The position numbers were made by a program, and so were the translations under genes. The notes below the pieces were generated by a model, which made no database searches, was not told where the DNA came from, and saw only the letters and a program-made list of their open reading frames with translations. From positions 555,299-575,298 of the forward strand of contig CP060768.1 of assembly GCA_023205875.1 (NCBI GenBank): 20,000 nt of DNA, read 5' to 3'. This document shows positions 1 to 9,468 of this stretch, piece by piece. How positions within the stretch are numbered: the stretch's first letter is position 1; every line of letters starts with the position of its first letter. Source of the DNA: Chloropicon primus. Taxonomy: Eukaryota.

Positions 1-1
1 C

Positions 2-910
2 CACCTCCTTCTTCCTGTAGATCTTGAGGTCCTGCTCCTGCTGGGACATGGCTGGCGCGGAGGCCTCCGAGGCCAACATGTCCTCGACGGCGCTCTCCGT
101 CTCCCACCTCATGCTGGCCTCCTCCTCGAGCAGGGCCATCGCCTCCTCGTCGTAGTCCGAGATGAAAACCTCCTCGGCGTCGACGTCCTCGCCACCGACG
201 TCGCCGAGCGAGTCCCTGGCGGCCTTCTTCTTCTTGTACTTTGGCCTCACTCCGTGGCCGTTCCACACGCCCTTCGCGATGGCCTTCTCCTTGAGCTTCC
301 TCAGCTTCCTCTCCACGGTCCTCCCGGCCTCGTCGATGGCGTTGTACGCGTTGTCGGTCTCCACCTCCGCCCTGACCGTCCCGATCGTGGTGAACACGGT
401 GACCTCGGCCCTCTGGAGCTGGGGTCCCTTGGTCTGGTGCTTGGGCCCCCCCCTCGCGCTCAGCCTGACGTCCACCCTGGAGATCGGGGCGTTCTTCCCC
501 CTGTTCACGTCGTGGTGGTGCAGCATCAGGTGCATCGTGGCCTTCTCCACCTGGGTCTCCACGTGCCCGCGCAGGGCCTCCGTCACCTTGAGGTGCCTGC
601 CCTGGATGTTGAGCTTGAGGGCGTGCGAGTCCGTCTCCGAGTTCTCCTGCTGCTGCGAGTCCACCAGGGCCTTGGGAGCAGCGACTCGAGGCCTGGTGAC
701 CGAGACCGCAGGCGAGGAGGAGGAGGACGAGGAGGGGGAGTTGATCCAGGACCCTTTGGTCCTCCAGGGTGCGAGCCTTCCGGCCTGCATCCTCGTCGTC
801 TGGACCCTCCTGCTTCCAAAGGTAAAGTTGTTGCAGGGAAGGGGTGCGACAGTCCTCGAGGCCATCGCGCAGGTCGACCCGCAGGTTGACCTCATCATCC
901 TCATCCTCAT
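2..910 (-). CDS. PSRP1: Plastid-specific ribosomal protein 1 / ribosome hibernation promoting factor (HPF/YfiA, S30AE family), plastid-targeted; C-terminus runs off the left edge of the window
   Basis: Not in the ORF track because there is no stop within the window. Manual translation from ATG at 910 (first ATG after the in-frame stop at 965-967) gives a Ser/Thr/Arg-rich transit peptide (MRMRMMRSTCGSTCAMASRTVAP...). This is followed by LKLNIQGRHLKVTEALRGHVETQVEKA...VDVRLSARGG...RAEVTVFTTIGTVRAEVETDNAYNAIDEAGRTVERKLRKLKEK, the typical PSRP1/HPF N-domain, and IYRKKEV at the start of the C-domain. Confidence 0.9.
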   Translation of the reverse strand, partial: MRMRMMRSTCGSTCAMASRTVAPLPCNNFTFGSRRVQTTRMQAGRLAPWRTKGSWINSPSSSSSSSPAVSVTRPRVAAPKALVDSQQQENSETDSHALKLNIQGRHLKVTEALRGHVETQVEKATMHLMLHHHDVNRGKNAPISRVDVRLSARGGPKHQTKGPQLQRAEVTVFTTIGTVRAEVETDNAYNAIDEAGRTVERKLRKLKEKAIAKGVWNGHGVRPKYKKKKAARDSLGDVGGEDVDAEEVFISDYDEEAMALLEEEASMRWETESAVEDMLASEASAPAMSQQEQDLKIYRKKEV

Positions 911-912
911 CC

Positions 913-913
<1 letters not shown>

Positions 914-947
<34 letters not shown>
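914..947. repeat. (GTT)n microsatellite
   Basis: Run of GTT units directly upstream of the PSRP1 start codon. Confidence 0.9.
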
Positions 948-1098
948 AGGGGGATTCTGATTCTTCAGTCTTTCAGCAGAAACAAAAACAAACACAAAAA
1001 TCAAGGAGGAGGGACACGTCAGTACGAGAAGCGAAAGCGAAGGCTGCGTCGGCCGTGTAAGTCCTCCACCTACGCACCTCCAACAAAGGTAACACTCT

Positions 1099-1343
1099 TC
1101 GTCGTCGTCGTCGTCGTCGTCCTCGTCGTCGTCAGTTTTATGATCGGGTGTGATCTTATCCTCGTCACCTCGGAAAGGAACGGAATATCTCCTCCCCTCA
1201 CACGTGTGTCTCGTGTTACACGTGCATTACGTGACATGCCGCCGCCAATTGGATGGTTCACGATCTTTCCGGTCCACACAACACCACGACGACGACGACG
1301 AGGACGACGACGACGACGAGGACGACGACGACGACGAGGACGA
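1099..1343. repeat. (GTC)n tract (about 1099-1133) and complementary (GAC)n tract (about 1286-1343)
   Basis: Seen directly. The two tracts are reverse complements and carry matching CTC/GAG interruptions. Confidence 0.8.
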
Positions 1344-1372
1344 AGGGGTGCTGAGGAATAGGGTTTGACAAG

Positions 1373-2809
1373 ATGGCTGAGGGGAGGGACTACAAGGTGA
1401 AGGATATTGCGCAGGCGGACTTTGGGAGGTTGGAGATTGAGATCGCGGAGGTGGAATGTCCTGGACTTATGCAGTGCAGGAAGGAGTTTGGGGCCAAGCA
1501 GCCTTTCAAGGGGGTGAACATCTCGGGGAGTTTGCACATGACCATCCAGACGGCGGTGCTCATCGAGACCTTGACCGCCTTGGGAGCGAACGTGAGGTGG
1601 TGCTCTTGCAACATCTTTTCCACGCAGGACCACGCGGCCGCCGCTGTCGCGAGGGACTCCGCGGCCGTGTTCGCCTGGAAGGGGGAGACCCTCCCAGAGT
1701 ACTGGTGGTGCACCCTCCAGGCCCTCACCTGGCCAGGGGAGGACGGACCTGACATGATCGTCGACGACGGTGGGGACGCCACCTTGCTCATCCACAAGGG
1801 GTTCGAGGCCGAGAACGCCTTCCTCAAGGACGGGACCCTTCCAGACCCAAGCACCGCCGACAACGAGGAGGTCAGAATCGTGCTCCAGATCATCAAGGAC
1901 GGATTGGAGGCCGGGGAGACCGACAAGTGGCACAAGATGGCCGCCAAGCTCGTGGGAGTCAGCGAGGAGACCACCACCGGAGTCAAGAGGTTGTACGAGA
2001 TGCAGGCCGACGGGTCCCTCCTGTTCCCTGCCATCAACGTCAACGACTCGGTCACCAAGTGCAAGTTCGACAACTTGTACGGGTGCAGGCACTCCTGCCC
2101 TGACGGAATCATGCGTGCCACCGACGTCATGATCGCCGGAAAGACTTGCTTCATCGCCGGTTACGGTGACGTCGGCAAGGGGTGCGCCAAGTCCATGCAG
2201 GCTCAGGGAGCCAACGTGATCGTGAGCGAGATCGACCCCATCTGCGCCCTCCAGGCGTGCATGGAGGGATTCAGGGTCGCCCCGATCGATGACGTCTTGG
2301 AGACCGCCGACATCTTCATCACCACCACCGGTAACAAGGACATCATCATGGCCTCGCACATGGCCAAGATGAAGAACAACGCCATCGTCGGAAACATCGG
2401 TCACTTCGACAACGAGATCGACATGGCCGGAGTCGAGGGGTTCCCAGGAATCAAGAGGCAGAACATCAAGCCACAGGTCGACAGGTTCATCTTCCCTGAC
2501 GGACACGGAGTCATCATCTTGGCCGAGGGAAGGCTGATGAACTTGGGATGCGCCACCGGACACCCTTCTTTCGTCATGTCCTGCTCCTTCACCAACCAGG
2601 TCATCGCCCAGCTTGAGCTCTGGAACGAGAAGGACTCTGGCAAGTACGAGAAGAAGGTCTACGTCCTTCCAAAGCACTTGGACGAGAAGGTCGCCGCCTT
2701 GCACTTGGAGAAGCTCGGTGCCAAGCTCACCACCCTCACCAAGGACCAGGCCACGTACATCAACGTGCCTGTTGAGGGACCATACAAGCCAGCCGCCTAC
2801 AGATACTAA
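1373..2809 (+). CDS. SAHH: S-adenosyl-L-homocysteine hydrolase (adenosylhomocysteinase), 478 aa, intronless
   Basis: Signature motifs [68 protein letters not shown]-binding [38 protein letters not shown] and C-terminal [10 protein letters not shown]. Includes the plant-type ~40 aa insert. Confidence 0.98.
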   Translation: MAEGRDYKVKDIAQADFGRLEIEIAEVECPGLMQCRKEFGAKQPFKGVNISGSLHMTIQTAVLIETLTALGANVRWCSCNIFSTQDHAAAAVARDSAAVFAWKGETLPEYWWCTLQALTWPGEDGPDMIVDDGGDATLLIHKGFEAENAFLKDGTLPDPSTADNEEVRIVLQIIKDGLEAGETDKWHKMAAKLVGVSEETTTGVKRLYEMQADGSLLFPAINVNDSVTKCKFDNLYGCRHSCPDGIMRATDVMIAGKTCFIAGYGDVGKGCAKSMQAQGANVIVSEIDPICALQACMEGFRVAPIDDVLETADIFITTTGNKDIIMASHMAKMKNNAIVGNIGHFDNEIDMAGVEGFPGIKRQNIKPQVDRFIFPDGHGVIILAEGRLMNLGCATGHPSFVMSCSFTNQVIAQLELWNEKDSGKYEKKVYVLPKHLDEKVAALHLEKLGAKLTTLTKDQATYINVPVEGPYKPAAYRY

Positions 2810-2930
2810 GTGTGCGTGCAGAAGGGTGTGGTGGTTTAGGAAGACACGTGGAGGGTGGGATTTCAGCGAAAAAACACGCGGCGCCGCAGCGGCAACGGGA
2901 TGTTTTGACGCGTCTCCCTCTCTTCGTTAC

Positions 2931-2935
2931 TGTAA
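2931..2935 (+). promoter_or_regulatory. Putative chlorophyte-type polyadenylation signal TGTAA for SAHH
   Basis: TGTAA about 120 nt downstream of the SAHH stop, followed by AT-rich sequence. UGUAA is the established chlorophyte near-upstream poly(A) element. Confidence 0.5.
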
Positions 2936-3136
2936 CTTTAACTTCTTCGTCCCAAACGAAACGACTATGTTTGGACATAGAACTTAAATTCTTTTAATAA
3001 ATAACAAGAAAAAAGCATTTCAAGCAAACAACAACAACCAACGCGCGTGCTACTGCTACTCCGTCTGCCTCTCTCTGTCTCTCTGTCTGTCTTTCTCTTC
3101 AGTACTCGTAGCAGCAGCAGCAGCAGATTCAGAGCA

Positions 3137-6109
3137 CTAGTAGGCCACCGAGATGCTCTGCCTTCGGATCATTCCCGCAGGTCTCTGCACCTCCTTGTTC
3201 TTCTCCTGCTGGATCTTGGCCTTGATCTCCGTGTCCACGAGCTCCACGCCGTCCCCGAGGTTGTTCTCCTCCACCATGAAGGGCTCGAGGTGCTCCGGCC
3301 TGCCCTGCCTGAGGAGGTACCTGCGGCGGTGCCAGAGAACGATCTGCACCAGCTGGGGGGACCCAGCGGCCGACTGCTTCAAGGCCAGCTCCAAGGCGCG
3401 CTCCCAGTGGAACATCCTGATGTTCAGCTTGATGGCCCTGTAGTGCAAGCCGGACTGCAGGAGCATCCCCTCGACTTCCTTGGCGGGGACGCCCTTGAAG
3501 AGGGCCAGCTCGGCGGCCCTGCCCTCGTCGCTCGGGACGTCCTTCAAGAAATTCATGAACTGGACCTTGTCGATAAGTCCCAAGGAGGCATACGCAGTCT
3601 TGGCCGTCTCGATGTGCTGCTGACCCAGGCTCAAGGCCGCCAGGCACGCCCACAGGAGGTACCCGGGCTCGCCCTTGGAGCTCCCCTCGCACCTTCCCAC
3701 GGTCCTGCAAAGGTGGACGGCCTTGGGCCACTTGTGCTGCTGGACGCACTTCTCCAGGGCGAGCGAGTACCACGCCAAGGGGACCATGTAAGTCACCAGG
3801 GCGCCGTTCCCGTGCCTGGTGATGATCCTCCCGCGCTCGAAGGACTGTATCCGGGGAGCCAAAGAGTCATTGGCGAACGAGTCCTCCTCCTCGCCGTTGT
3901 CCCCCATTCCCATGGCCATCATGGACTCGCGCGCCAGCTTGGTGGTGGGAACCTCGTACGTGCAGAGTGGCAGAAGGTCCTGGTCCAAGAAGCAGATGTC
4001 CGGGATGCACCAGACGAGGAGCTTGCCGTCGCTGACGCAGCAGAGGGCGCTGCTGTCCGTGCTCCACCCGAACGAGTCGCACATCGTGCAGAGCTTCACC
4101 GGGTCCCTGGTCTGGTCCCCCAGAAGCGACAAGTAAAGGTCCCTGTTGGAATCCACGAAGCACAGCTTCCTCTCCCCCAGACCCCCCACCAGGCTCAGGC
4201 CCACCTCGGTGATGATGCCCCCCTGGTGGTGGCACACCTGGCCTTGCTCCCCTCCCCCCGCTCCCTGCTTCAGCTTCTGCGCCAAAGGCTTGCCCGTTTG
4301 GGTGTCAAAGACCCTGACCACGCTGCTCGAGGCGTGGTCCACCACCGCAACGCAGTCATCCGCCAAGGCCAGGCTCCTGGTCGACATGAGCTCTGCCCTC
4401 ATCCCCTGGAACTTGGGCTGGCACATCACTCTTCCCGTGTCGTAGCTGATCACCTTGAGGCACCCCGCAGTATCAGTGGTCGCCATGCACTTGGGACCCT
4501 GCACGAGCAGCTTCACCGGCATCTCTTGCGTGAAGAGCCCGCTGGTTACGTGAGGGGAGTGCCAGTCGGGCGGGCTGTAAACGTAAACCTGCTTCTGCGT
4601 GATTACCACGACCTTGCCGAAGCCCACGCTGGTGGCCAAGATCTTCTCGGATCCAAAGTGGAGCTTGTCCTCCGCGACCAGGTCCGAGCTGCTTGTGGTC
4701 TCCTCCACGCAGGTGAAGGTCGCCCTCAGGGTGTCCGGGGCCTCCGCTTCGAGGGAGATCGCCCCGCTCTCCTTGACCTCGCCAAGGATCATCACAATGA
4801 AGACGCTGCCGTTGCCGTTCGTGCAAGCGAGCTGGGTCCCGTCCGCGCTCCAGGCCAGGCTGAGGACGCTCGAAGGCATCTTGACCCTCCCCAGGGAAGC
4901 GAAGGTGTCGAACCCCGGCCCCTCCCTGCCGCTCAGGACCTGCATGGAGTTCGGGGACGCCTTGTGCTGGACCCAACCGCTCTCGTCGCAAAGGAGGAGC
5001 ATGTCAAAGGTTCCCACCGCGAAGCTCTCGCCGCTGGGCCTCCACCTCACGCTGGTCACCGGCATGACGGGGCCCCTCAGGCCGCCGGCTCCCCCTCCCT
5101 TCCCTCCGAGCCCGGCAAGGTTGTAGATCTCGTGCCCCACGACGTTGCTCTGGTACAGGAGCCGCCCGTACGCATCCCAGACCTTGTACTTGCCGTCCTC
5201 TCCCCCGGTCACTATCTTTCCGTTCGCCACGGACCAGTCGAGGGAAAGCACGACGCCGGCGTGGGCCTTCCACCGGATGGACCGGGAGTTGGCCATCCCG
5301 GGCCCGCCCGCGACGTTGCTCTGGCCGTCCTGGTCCACGACGACGCCGCTGGTGCCGGAGAACTGGCTCCTTTGGGCGTTCGTCCCCCCGATTCGCTTCA
5401 CGACGACGTGGTTCCCGGAGCAGAGGGCCAGCTGATTGCTGTCCGGCGAGAAGGCAACGCCGTAAACGGCCTCGGACTCCGACGCCAGAGTCGAGCGAAG
5501 CATGCCGGTCTTGGACCAAAGCTTGACCTTTCCATCCTCCCCGCAGGTCGCCAAGGCCGTGCCGTCCAGGTTCCACCTCACGCCTATGCACGCCCCCACG
5601 TGCGCCGGTTCCGTTCCCGTTCCCACGGTCTTCTCCACCCTTCCCTGCCTGGAGACGAGCTTGAAGCTTCCCTGGGAGATCGCGCAAGCCAAGGTCTCGC
5701 CCCTGGGGTGCCAGGCGCAGCACGTCACGTAGTGGTGGGACCCCGACGAGGCCGCCTCCCCCTGGGACTCCGCCTTGTCCCCGAACTGGGCAAACGTCCC
5801 CAAGGAGAGAGCCGAGTGGTTCTGCTGCTGGAACTGCCAGTGGGCCACGAGGGAGTTGTCCCCGCAAGCGAAGAGCTCTCCCCCGGGGTGCCAGGCCGCG
5901 GAGACGTACGCGAAAGGCTCCGACGCCTTTCCCGCCGCACCGGCCCCCTTGCCCTTGTCCCCCCCTTGCCCCGCCCCCCCGACCAGCCCCTCCCCAGGAT
6001 GATGATGATGGTGATGCCTCTGCTCCTGCGCTCCCGGTCCCAAGATCGCATCTTGGTCCTCCCCGTTCGACTCCACCACCTCGTTACACTCCTGGATCAA
6101 AAACCTCAT
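3137..6109 (-). CDS. IFT80: Intraflagellar transport protein 80 (WD40 beta-propellers plus alpha-solenoid), about 990 aa
   Basis: WNLDGTALATCGEDGKVKLWSKTGMLRSTL, WKAHAGVVLSLDWS...IVTGGEDGKYKVWDAYGRLLYQS, AWSADGTQLAC, FVDSNRDLYL, KLCTMCDSFGW, LWACLAALSL, AYASLGLIDKVQF and YRAIKLNIRMFHWERALELA all match the IFT80 family. The start is placed at the first ATG (MRFL..., 6109); the track start at 6127 is not an ATG. Confidence 0.93.
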   Translation of the reverse strand: MRFLIQECNEVVESNGEDQDAILGPGAQEQRHHHHHHPGEGLVGGAGQGGDKGKGAGAAGKASEPFAYVSAAWHPGGELFACGDNSLVAHWQFQQQNHSALSLGTFAQFGDKAESQGEAASSGSHHYVTCCAWHPRGETLACAISQGSFKLVSRQGRVEKTVGTGTEPAHVGACIGVRWNLDGTALATCGEDGKVKLWSKTGMLRSTLASESEAVYGVAFSPDSNQLALCSGNHVVVKRIGGTNAQRSQFSGTSGVVVDQDGQSNVAGGPGMANSRSIRWKAHAGVVLSLDWSVANGKIVTGGEDGKYKVWDAYGRLLYQSNVVGHEIYNLAGLGGKGGGAGGLRGPVMPVTSVRWRPSGESFAVGTFDMLLLCDESGWVQHKASPNSMQVLSGREGPGFDTFASLGRVKMPSSVLSLAWSADGTQLACTNGNGSVFIVMILGEVKESGAISLEAEAPDTLRATFTCVEETTSSSDLVAEDKLHFGSEKILATSVGFGKVVVITQKQVYVYSPPDWHSPHVTSGLFTQEMPVKLLVQGPKCMATTDTAGCLKVISYDTGRVMCQPKFQGMRAELMSTRSLALADDCVAVVDHASSSVVRVFDTQTGKPLAQKLKQGAGGGEQGQVCHHQGGIITEVGLSLVGGLGERKLCFVDSNRDLYLSLLGDQTRDPVKLCTMCDSFGWSTDSSALCCVSDGKLLVWCIPDICFLDQDLLPLCTYEVPTTKLARESMMAMGMGDNGEEEDSFANDSLAPRIQSFERGRIITRHGNGALVTYMVPLAWYSLALEKCVQQHKWPKAVHLCRTVGRCEGSSKGEPGYLLWACLAALSLGQQHIETAKTAYASLGLIDKVQFMNFLKDVPSDEGRAAELALFKGVPAKEVEGMLLQSGLHYRAIKLNIRMFHWERALELALKQSAAGSPQLVQIVLWHRRRYLLRQGRPEHLEPFMVEENNLGDGVELVDTEIKAKIQQEKNKEVQRPAGMIRRQSISVAY

Positions 6110-6705
6110 CTCTCGACCCAAGGCCAAGCGAACCTACACTAAACCCTACACAGTCCAGTCCGACACAGTTGGTGTTGTCGGTGGTGGTGTTGTCGGTGGT
6201 GTTGATGTTCCTGGTGGCGAGGCCACCGTGCGTCCTCAGGTGCTTCAGGTGTCCAACAAGGTACGGTGTCTCGTCTCCCACCACCCTAAGTTCACTTGAG
6301 TTGAGTTGAGTTGAGTTAAGTTGTTTTGTTTTGTTTCGTTCTTGTGCACGCTTATGTATGTTTATGTTTATGTTTATATGTTTGTGCTTGTGCTTGTGTT
6401 GGCAAGGCCAGGGCGTGTCCTCCGGTGCCTCACTCAGGTCCTGTCTCTGTCTCTCCCGCTCTCCCTCTCCGCCTCGCGAAATTCAAACCCCACGAGCAGT
6501 GGGGCAACATAAAAGTGTACCACAATGTACACTCAAACATAAAACCCGAAACCTAATTCGCGGGAGATTTATTTTTTTTTTGGCGGGAGAGAAGAAACGA
6601 GAACGAGAAACAAGGAAGAACACGACGAGGAACGACGGCGAGGACGGCGGACGGGGAGGTGTTGTTGTTGGTGTTGTTGTTGGTGTCGGTGTTTGTGTGC
6701 TTGTG

Positions 6706-7437
6706 ATGGGGAAGACGATTGTTTTGTTCGATGTGGACGGGACTCTTTCGGAGCCCAGGAAGAAGTCCAAGCAGGATATGAGGGAGTTTCTTCAGGAGTT
6801 GAGGAAAAGGGTGACGGTGGGGATCGTGGGAGGCTCGGACTTGAAGAAGATCAAGGAGCAGCTTGGGGATGACGCGGAGACGGCGTACGATTACTTGTTC
6901 TCCGAGAACGGGCTCGTGGCACACAAGGCGGGGCAACTCCTCGCGACGCAGAGCTTGAAGAAGCACCTGGGGGAGGACAAGCTCAAGGCGTTTATTAACT
7001 TCACCCTCAAGGAGATTGCGGAGGTCGAGATACCTGTCAAGAGGGGGACCTTCATCGAGTTCAGAAACGGGATGCTGAACGTGTCCCCTGTCGGAAGGAA
7101 CTGCAGCCAGGAGGAGAGGGACGCCTTCGAGAAGTACGACGCGGAGCACGGGATCAGGAAGGACCTGGTGGAGAAGCTCAAGACAAAGTTCGCTGACTTT
7201 GGGCTCACCTTCTCGGTCGGGGGGCAGATCAGCTTCGACGTCTTCCCGAACGGCTGGGACAAGACCTTCTGCCTGCAGTTCGTCGAGAAGGACTTCGACG
7301 AGATCCACTTCTTTGGGGACAAGACCTACAAGGGAGGGAACGACTACGAGATCTTCGAGTCCCCGAAGACTATCGGGCACACCACGACCGGGCCAGAGGA
7401 CACGATGAAGCAGTGCAGGGAGCTCTTCCTGTCGTGA
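6706..7437 (+). CDS. PMM: Phosphomannomutase (eukaryotic HAD-IIB PMM/Sec53), 243 aa
   Basis: FDVDGTL nucleophile motif, [76 protein letters not shown]. True ATG is at 6706; the upstream extension in the track is low-complexity. Confidence 0.97.
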   Translation: MGKTIVLFDVDGTLSEPRKKSKQDMREFLQELRKRVTVGIVGGSDLKKIKEQLGDDAETAYDYLFSENGLVAHKAGQLLATQSLKKHLGEDKLKAFINFTLKEIAEVEIPVKRGTFIEFRNGMLNVSPVGRNCSQEERDAFEKYDAEHGIRKDLVEKLKTKFADFGLTFSVGGQISFDVFPNGWDKTFCLQFVEKDFDEIHFFGDKTYKGGNDYEIFESPKTIGHTTTGPEDTMKQCRELFLS

Positions 7438-7633
7438 AGCAGCGCAGGGAAGAGTGGGGGGAGGGGCAGCGCGACCGAGAGACTCCGCGAAAACACACAA
7501 CACGTTTTGGTGAAGAAAAAATGAAACTAAAACTGTCTCCTAAAACTGTTTTGTCTTGAACTCCTTTTTCGCGTTGGCTTGAATTCCATCACTCTTTCTC
7601 TTCCTCTCGCCCGGGTGCGCGCGGTCCAGAGGC

Positions 7634-8854
7634 TTAAGCCAAGCCCGTTAACCTCAGGCTCTCCGCCCAGAGCTTCTCTGCCTTTGCGTCGTCCGTGACC
7701 TCGTCGGATGGCTCGTTCTCGAACAGAGCACCTCCGCTTCCCCCGGCGCTTCCCTCCCCGAAGCTCTTGGCCTCCCCGTTCCAGGACCAGTACACCCCGC
7801 TCTTCTTCGCCTCCGGGGAGCTCACCACCTGGGCCAGCCTCTCGCCGGCCTCCTGCTGGCTCACGTACCCCTTGGTGACGTACTTCTGGAAGCGAGGGAA
7901 CAGCCACCTGAACCACGCCCTCTTCTCCCTGAACAGGTTCGTCTCCGCCACGCAACCGGGGTAGAGGGAGCCAAAGGTGATCCCGTACTGGTCGTGCCAT
8001 CTCTTGTGCATCTCCCTCATGGTCAGCATGTTGCAGACCTTGGAGTCCTTGTAGGCCTTCGCGCCGTCGTACTCGCCTCCGTCGATCATCACGTTGGAGT
8101 AGTCGCTCAGGCCGTTGGACAGGCCCCTGAGGTCGCCCAAGTCAGCAAGGGGCGGGACCTGGCCGGCCAGCGTGTTCGTGTTTCCCGTGACGCTGCCGAC
8201 GATGATAATGCGGGGGTCCTTGCTCTTGGCGATGTCGTCCCTCATCAGGTGGCAGAGCAAAAAGTGGCCCAGGTGGTTGATGCCCACGCTGCTCTCGAAG
8301 CCGTCGGCGGTGAAGCTCGGCTCGGGGTTGGTGGGGAGGTACACCGCCGCGTTGCACACCAGGGCGTCCACGGGGAGCCCCTTGGACCTGTAGCTGTCCA
8401 CGAACTCCCTGACGCTCGTGAGGGACCCGAGGTCCAAGTGCATCACCGTGTACGACCCCGCGGGCATGTTCATCTCCTTGGCCACCCTCTCGGCCTTGGA
8501 GAAGTCCCTGCAGGCCATGATGACGTGGTGGTTTGGCTTCCTGGAGAGGTCCGCAGCGGCCCTGAGCCCGAGGCCGCTCGAGCACCCGGTCACGATGACG
8601 TGGCGGACGCCAGCCTTCCCCGCAGTCGTCTTCTCCCCGCTCGCCCCTTCGGCGACGGCCTGGCACTTGAGGCCGCTCACCGCGGGCCTCGTCTTCGCCA
8701 CCACGCTGCAGATGTTCCTCGCCGTGTGCGAGGAGGTCGTCGCGGCGTGTCTGTGGTGGGGCCTCGCCGCGGAGTTAGGGTGGTGCGCAGAGCTCGCATG
8801 CTTCAAGCAAACGGCCCTGCTCGACGTCGTTCTCGCTGTCCTGGCGGCCTGCAT
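7634..8854 (-). CDS. POR: Light-dependent NADPH:protochlorophyllide oxidoreductase, plastid-targeted, about 406 aa
   Basis: Transit peptide, SDR Rossmann motif [67 protein letters not shown], catalytic [19 protein letters not shown] and SGVYWSWN. First ATG is at 8854; the track start at 8878 is GTG. Confidence 0.95.
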   Translation of the reverse strand: MQAARTARTTSSRAVCLKHASSAHHPNSAARPHHRHAATTSSHTARNICSVVAKTRPAVSGLKCQAVAEGASGEKTTAGKAGVRHVIVTGCSSGLGLRAAADLSRKPNHHVIMACRDFSKAERVAKEMNMPAGSYTVMHLDLGSLTSVREFVDSYRSKGLPVDALVCNAAVYLPTNPEPSFTADGFESSVGINHLGHFLLCHLMRDDIAKSKDPRIIIVGSVTGNTNTLAGQVPPLADLGDLRGLSNGLSDYSNVMIDGGEYDGAKAYKDSKVCNMLTMREMHKRWHDQYGITFGSLYPGCVAETNLFREKRAWFRWLFPRFQKYVTKGYVSQQEAGERLAQVVSSPEAKKSGVYWSWNGEAKSFGEGSAGGSGGALFENEPSDEVTDDAKAEKLWAESLRLTGLA

Positions 8855-8900
8855 TGGGTTAGGCGATACACGATACACGATATACGATCGGTCTAAGTAA

Positions 8901-8927
8901 GCGTGCGTGCGTGCGTGCGTGCGTGCG
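8901..8927. repeat. (GCGT)n microsatellite upstream of POR
   Basis: Seen directly. Confidence 0.85.
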
Positions 8928-9468
8928 TTGGGATCTCTCCAAGGAACCAGGAACAGATTCTCAGGTTCTCACACAGAGGCTTGATTGGGTTTGTTTGGTT
9001 GGCGTCGGTGAAGTGGGACAACCAATGAATCAAGACTGGAGCGAACCAGCGGGTGGGTCAGTCCTCGTCGTTGTCGTCGTCGTCGTTGTTGTTGTTGTTG
9101 GTGGTGGTGGTGGTGGTTGTCGCCGCCCCTTGGTTGGAGTTTGTTCGTCGTCTTCGTTTTCCCCCCTGTTTTGCTTTTCTGGATAACGCGAGAAATCTCC
9201 TGGGGGAGATCTTCGTGATGATTGGTGGAGAGGGAAGATGACACGACAAAAAAGTGAGCGAGCCTCCAGATAGACATAGACCGGGGGGTACGACAAGAAG
9301 AGACAGGACATTGACAACGACAACAAACAAACACAAGGAAGGAAGGAAGGAATCACAATCAAGATCCGATCTTCCGAAGATCACAAAACTCCAAGGCAGG
9401 CTTCTCTTGGATTAGAATTAGAATCATTTTTTCGAGTAACTCCTCCTCCTCCTGCTTCCTTGTCTGCT

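Larger units (their letters stand above)
911..1372. promoter_or_regulatory. Divergent (bidirectional) promoter region between PSRP1 and SAHH with G-box and CCAAT motifs
   Basis: Head-to-head genes about 460 bp apart. CACGTG at 1201-1206 and 1219-1224, TACGTG at 1228-1233, palindromic CCAATTGG at 1245-1252. Function is inferred from position and motif only. Confidence 0.45.

Noticed and set aside
162..1361. 399-aa plus-strand ORF and 254-889 ORF
   Set aside because: Antisense shadows of PSRP1 extended through microsatellites (poly-V, poly-R); no family motifs.
1150..1372. Possible SAH riboswitch upstream of SAHH
   Set aside because: SAH riboswitches are bacterial, and I see no matching consensus; the region is mostly trinucleotide repeats.
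1070..2704. 544-aa minus-strand ORF
   Set aside because: Antisense to SAHH; expected from GC3-rich codon usage.
3047..6142. 1031-aa plus-strand ORF
   Set aside because: Codon-aligned antisense mirror of IFT80; no recognisable domain.
6331..6705. 125-aa N-terminal extension of PMM in the ORF track
   Set aside because: Non-ATG start and microsatellite-derived sequence; PMM homology begins at ATG 6706.
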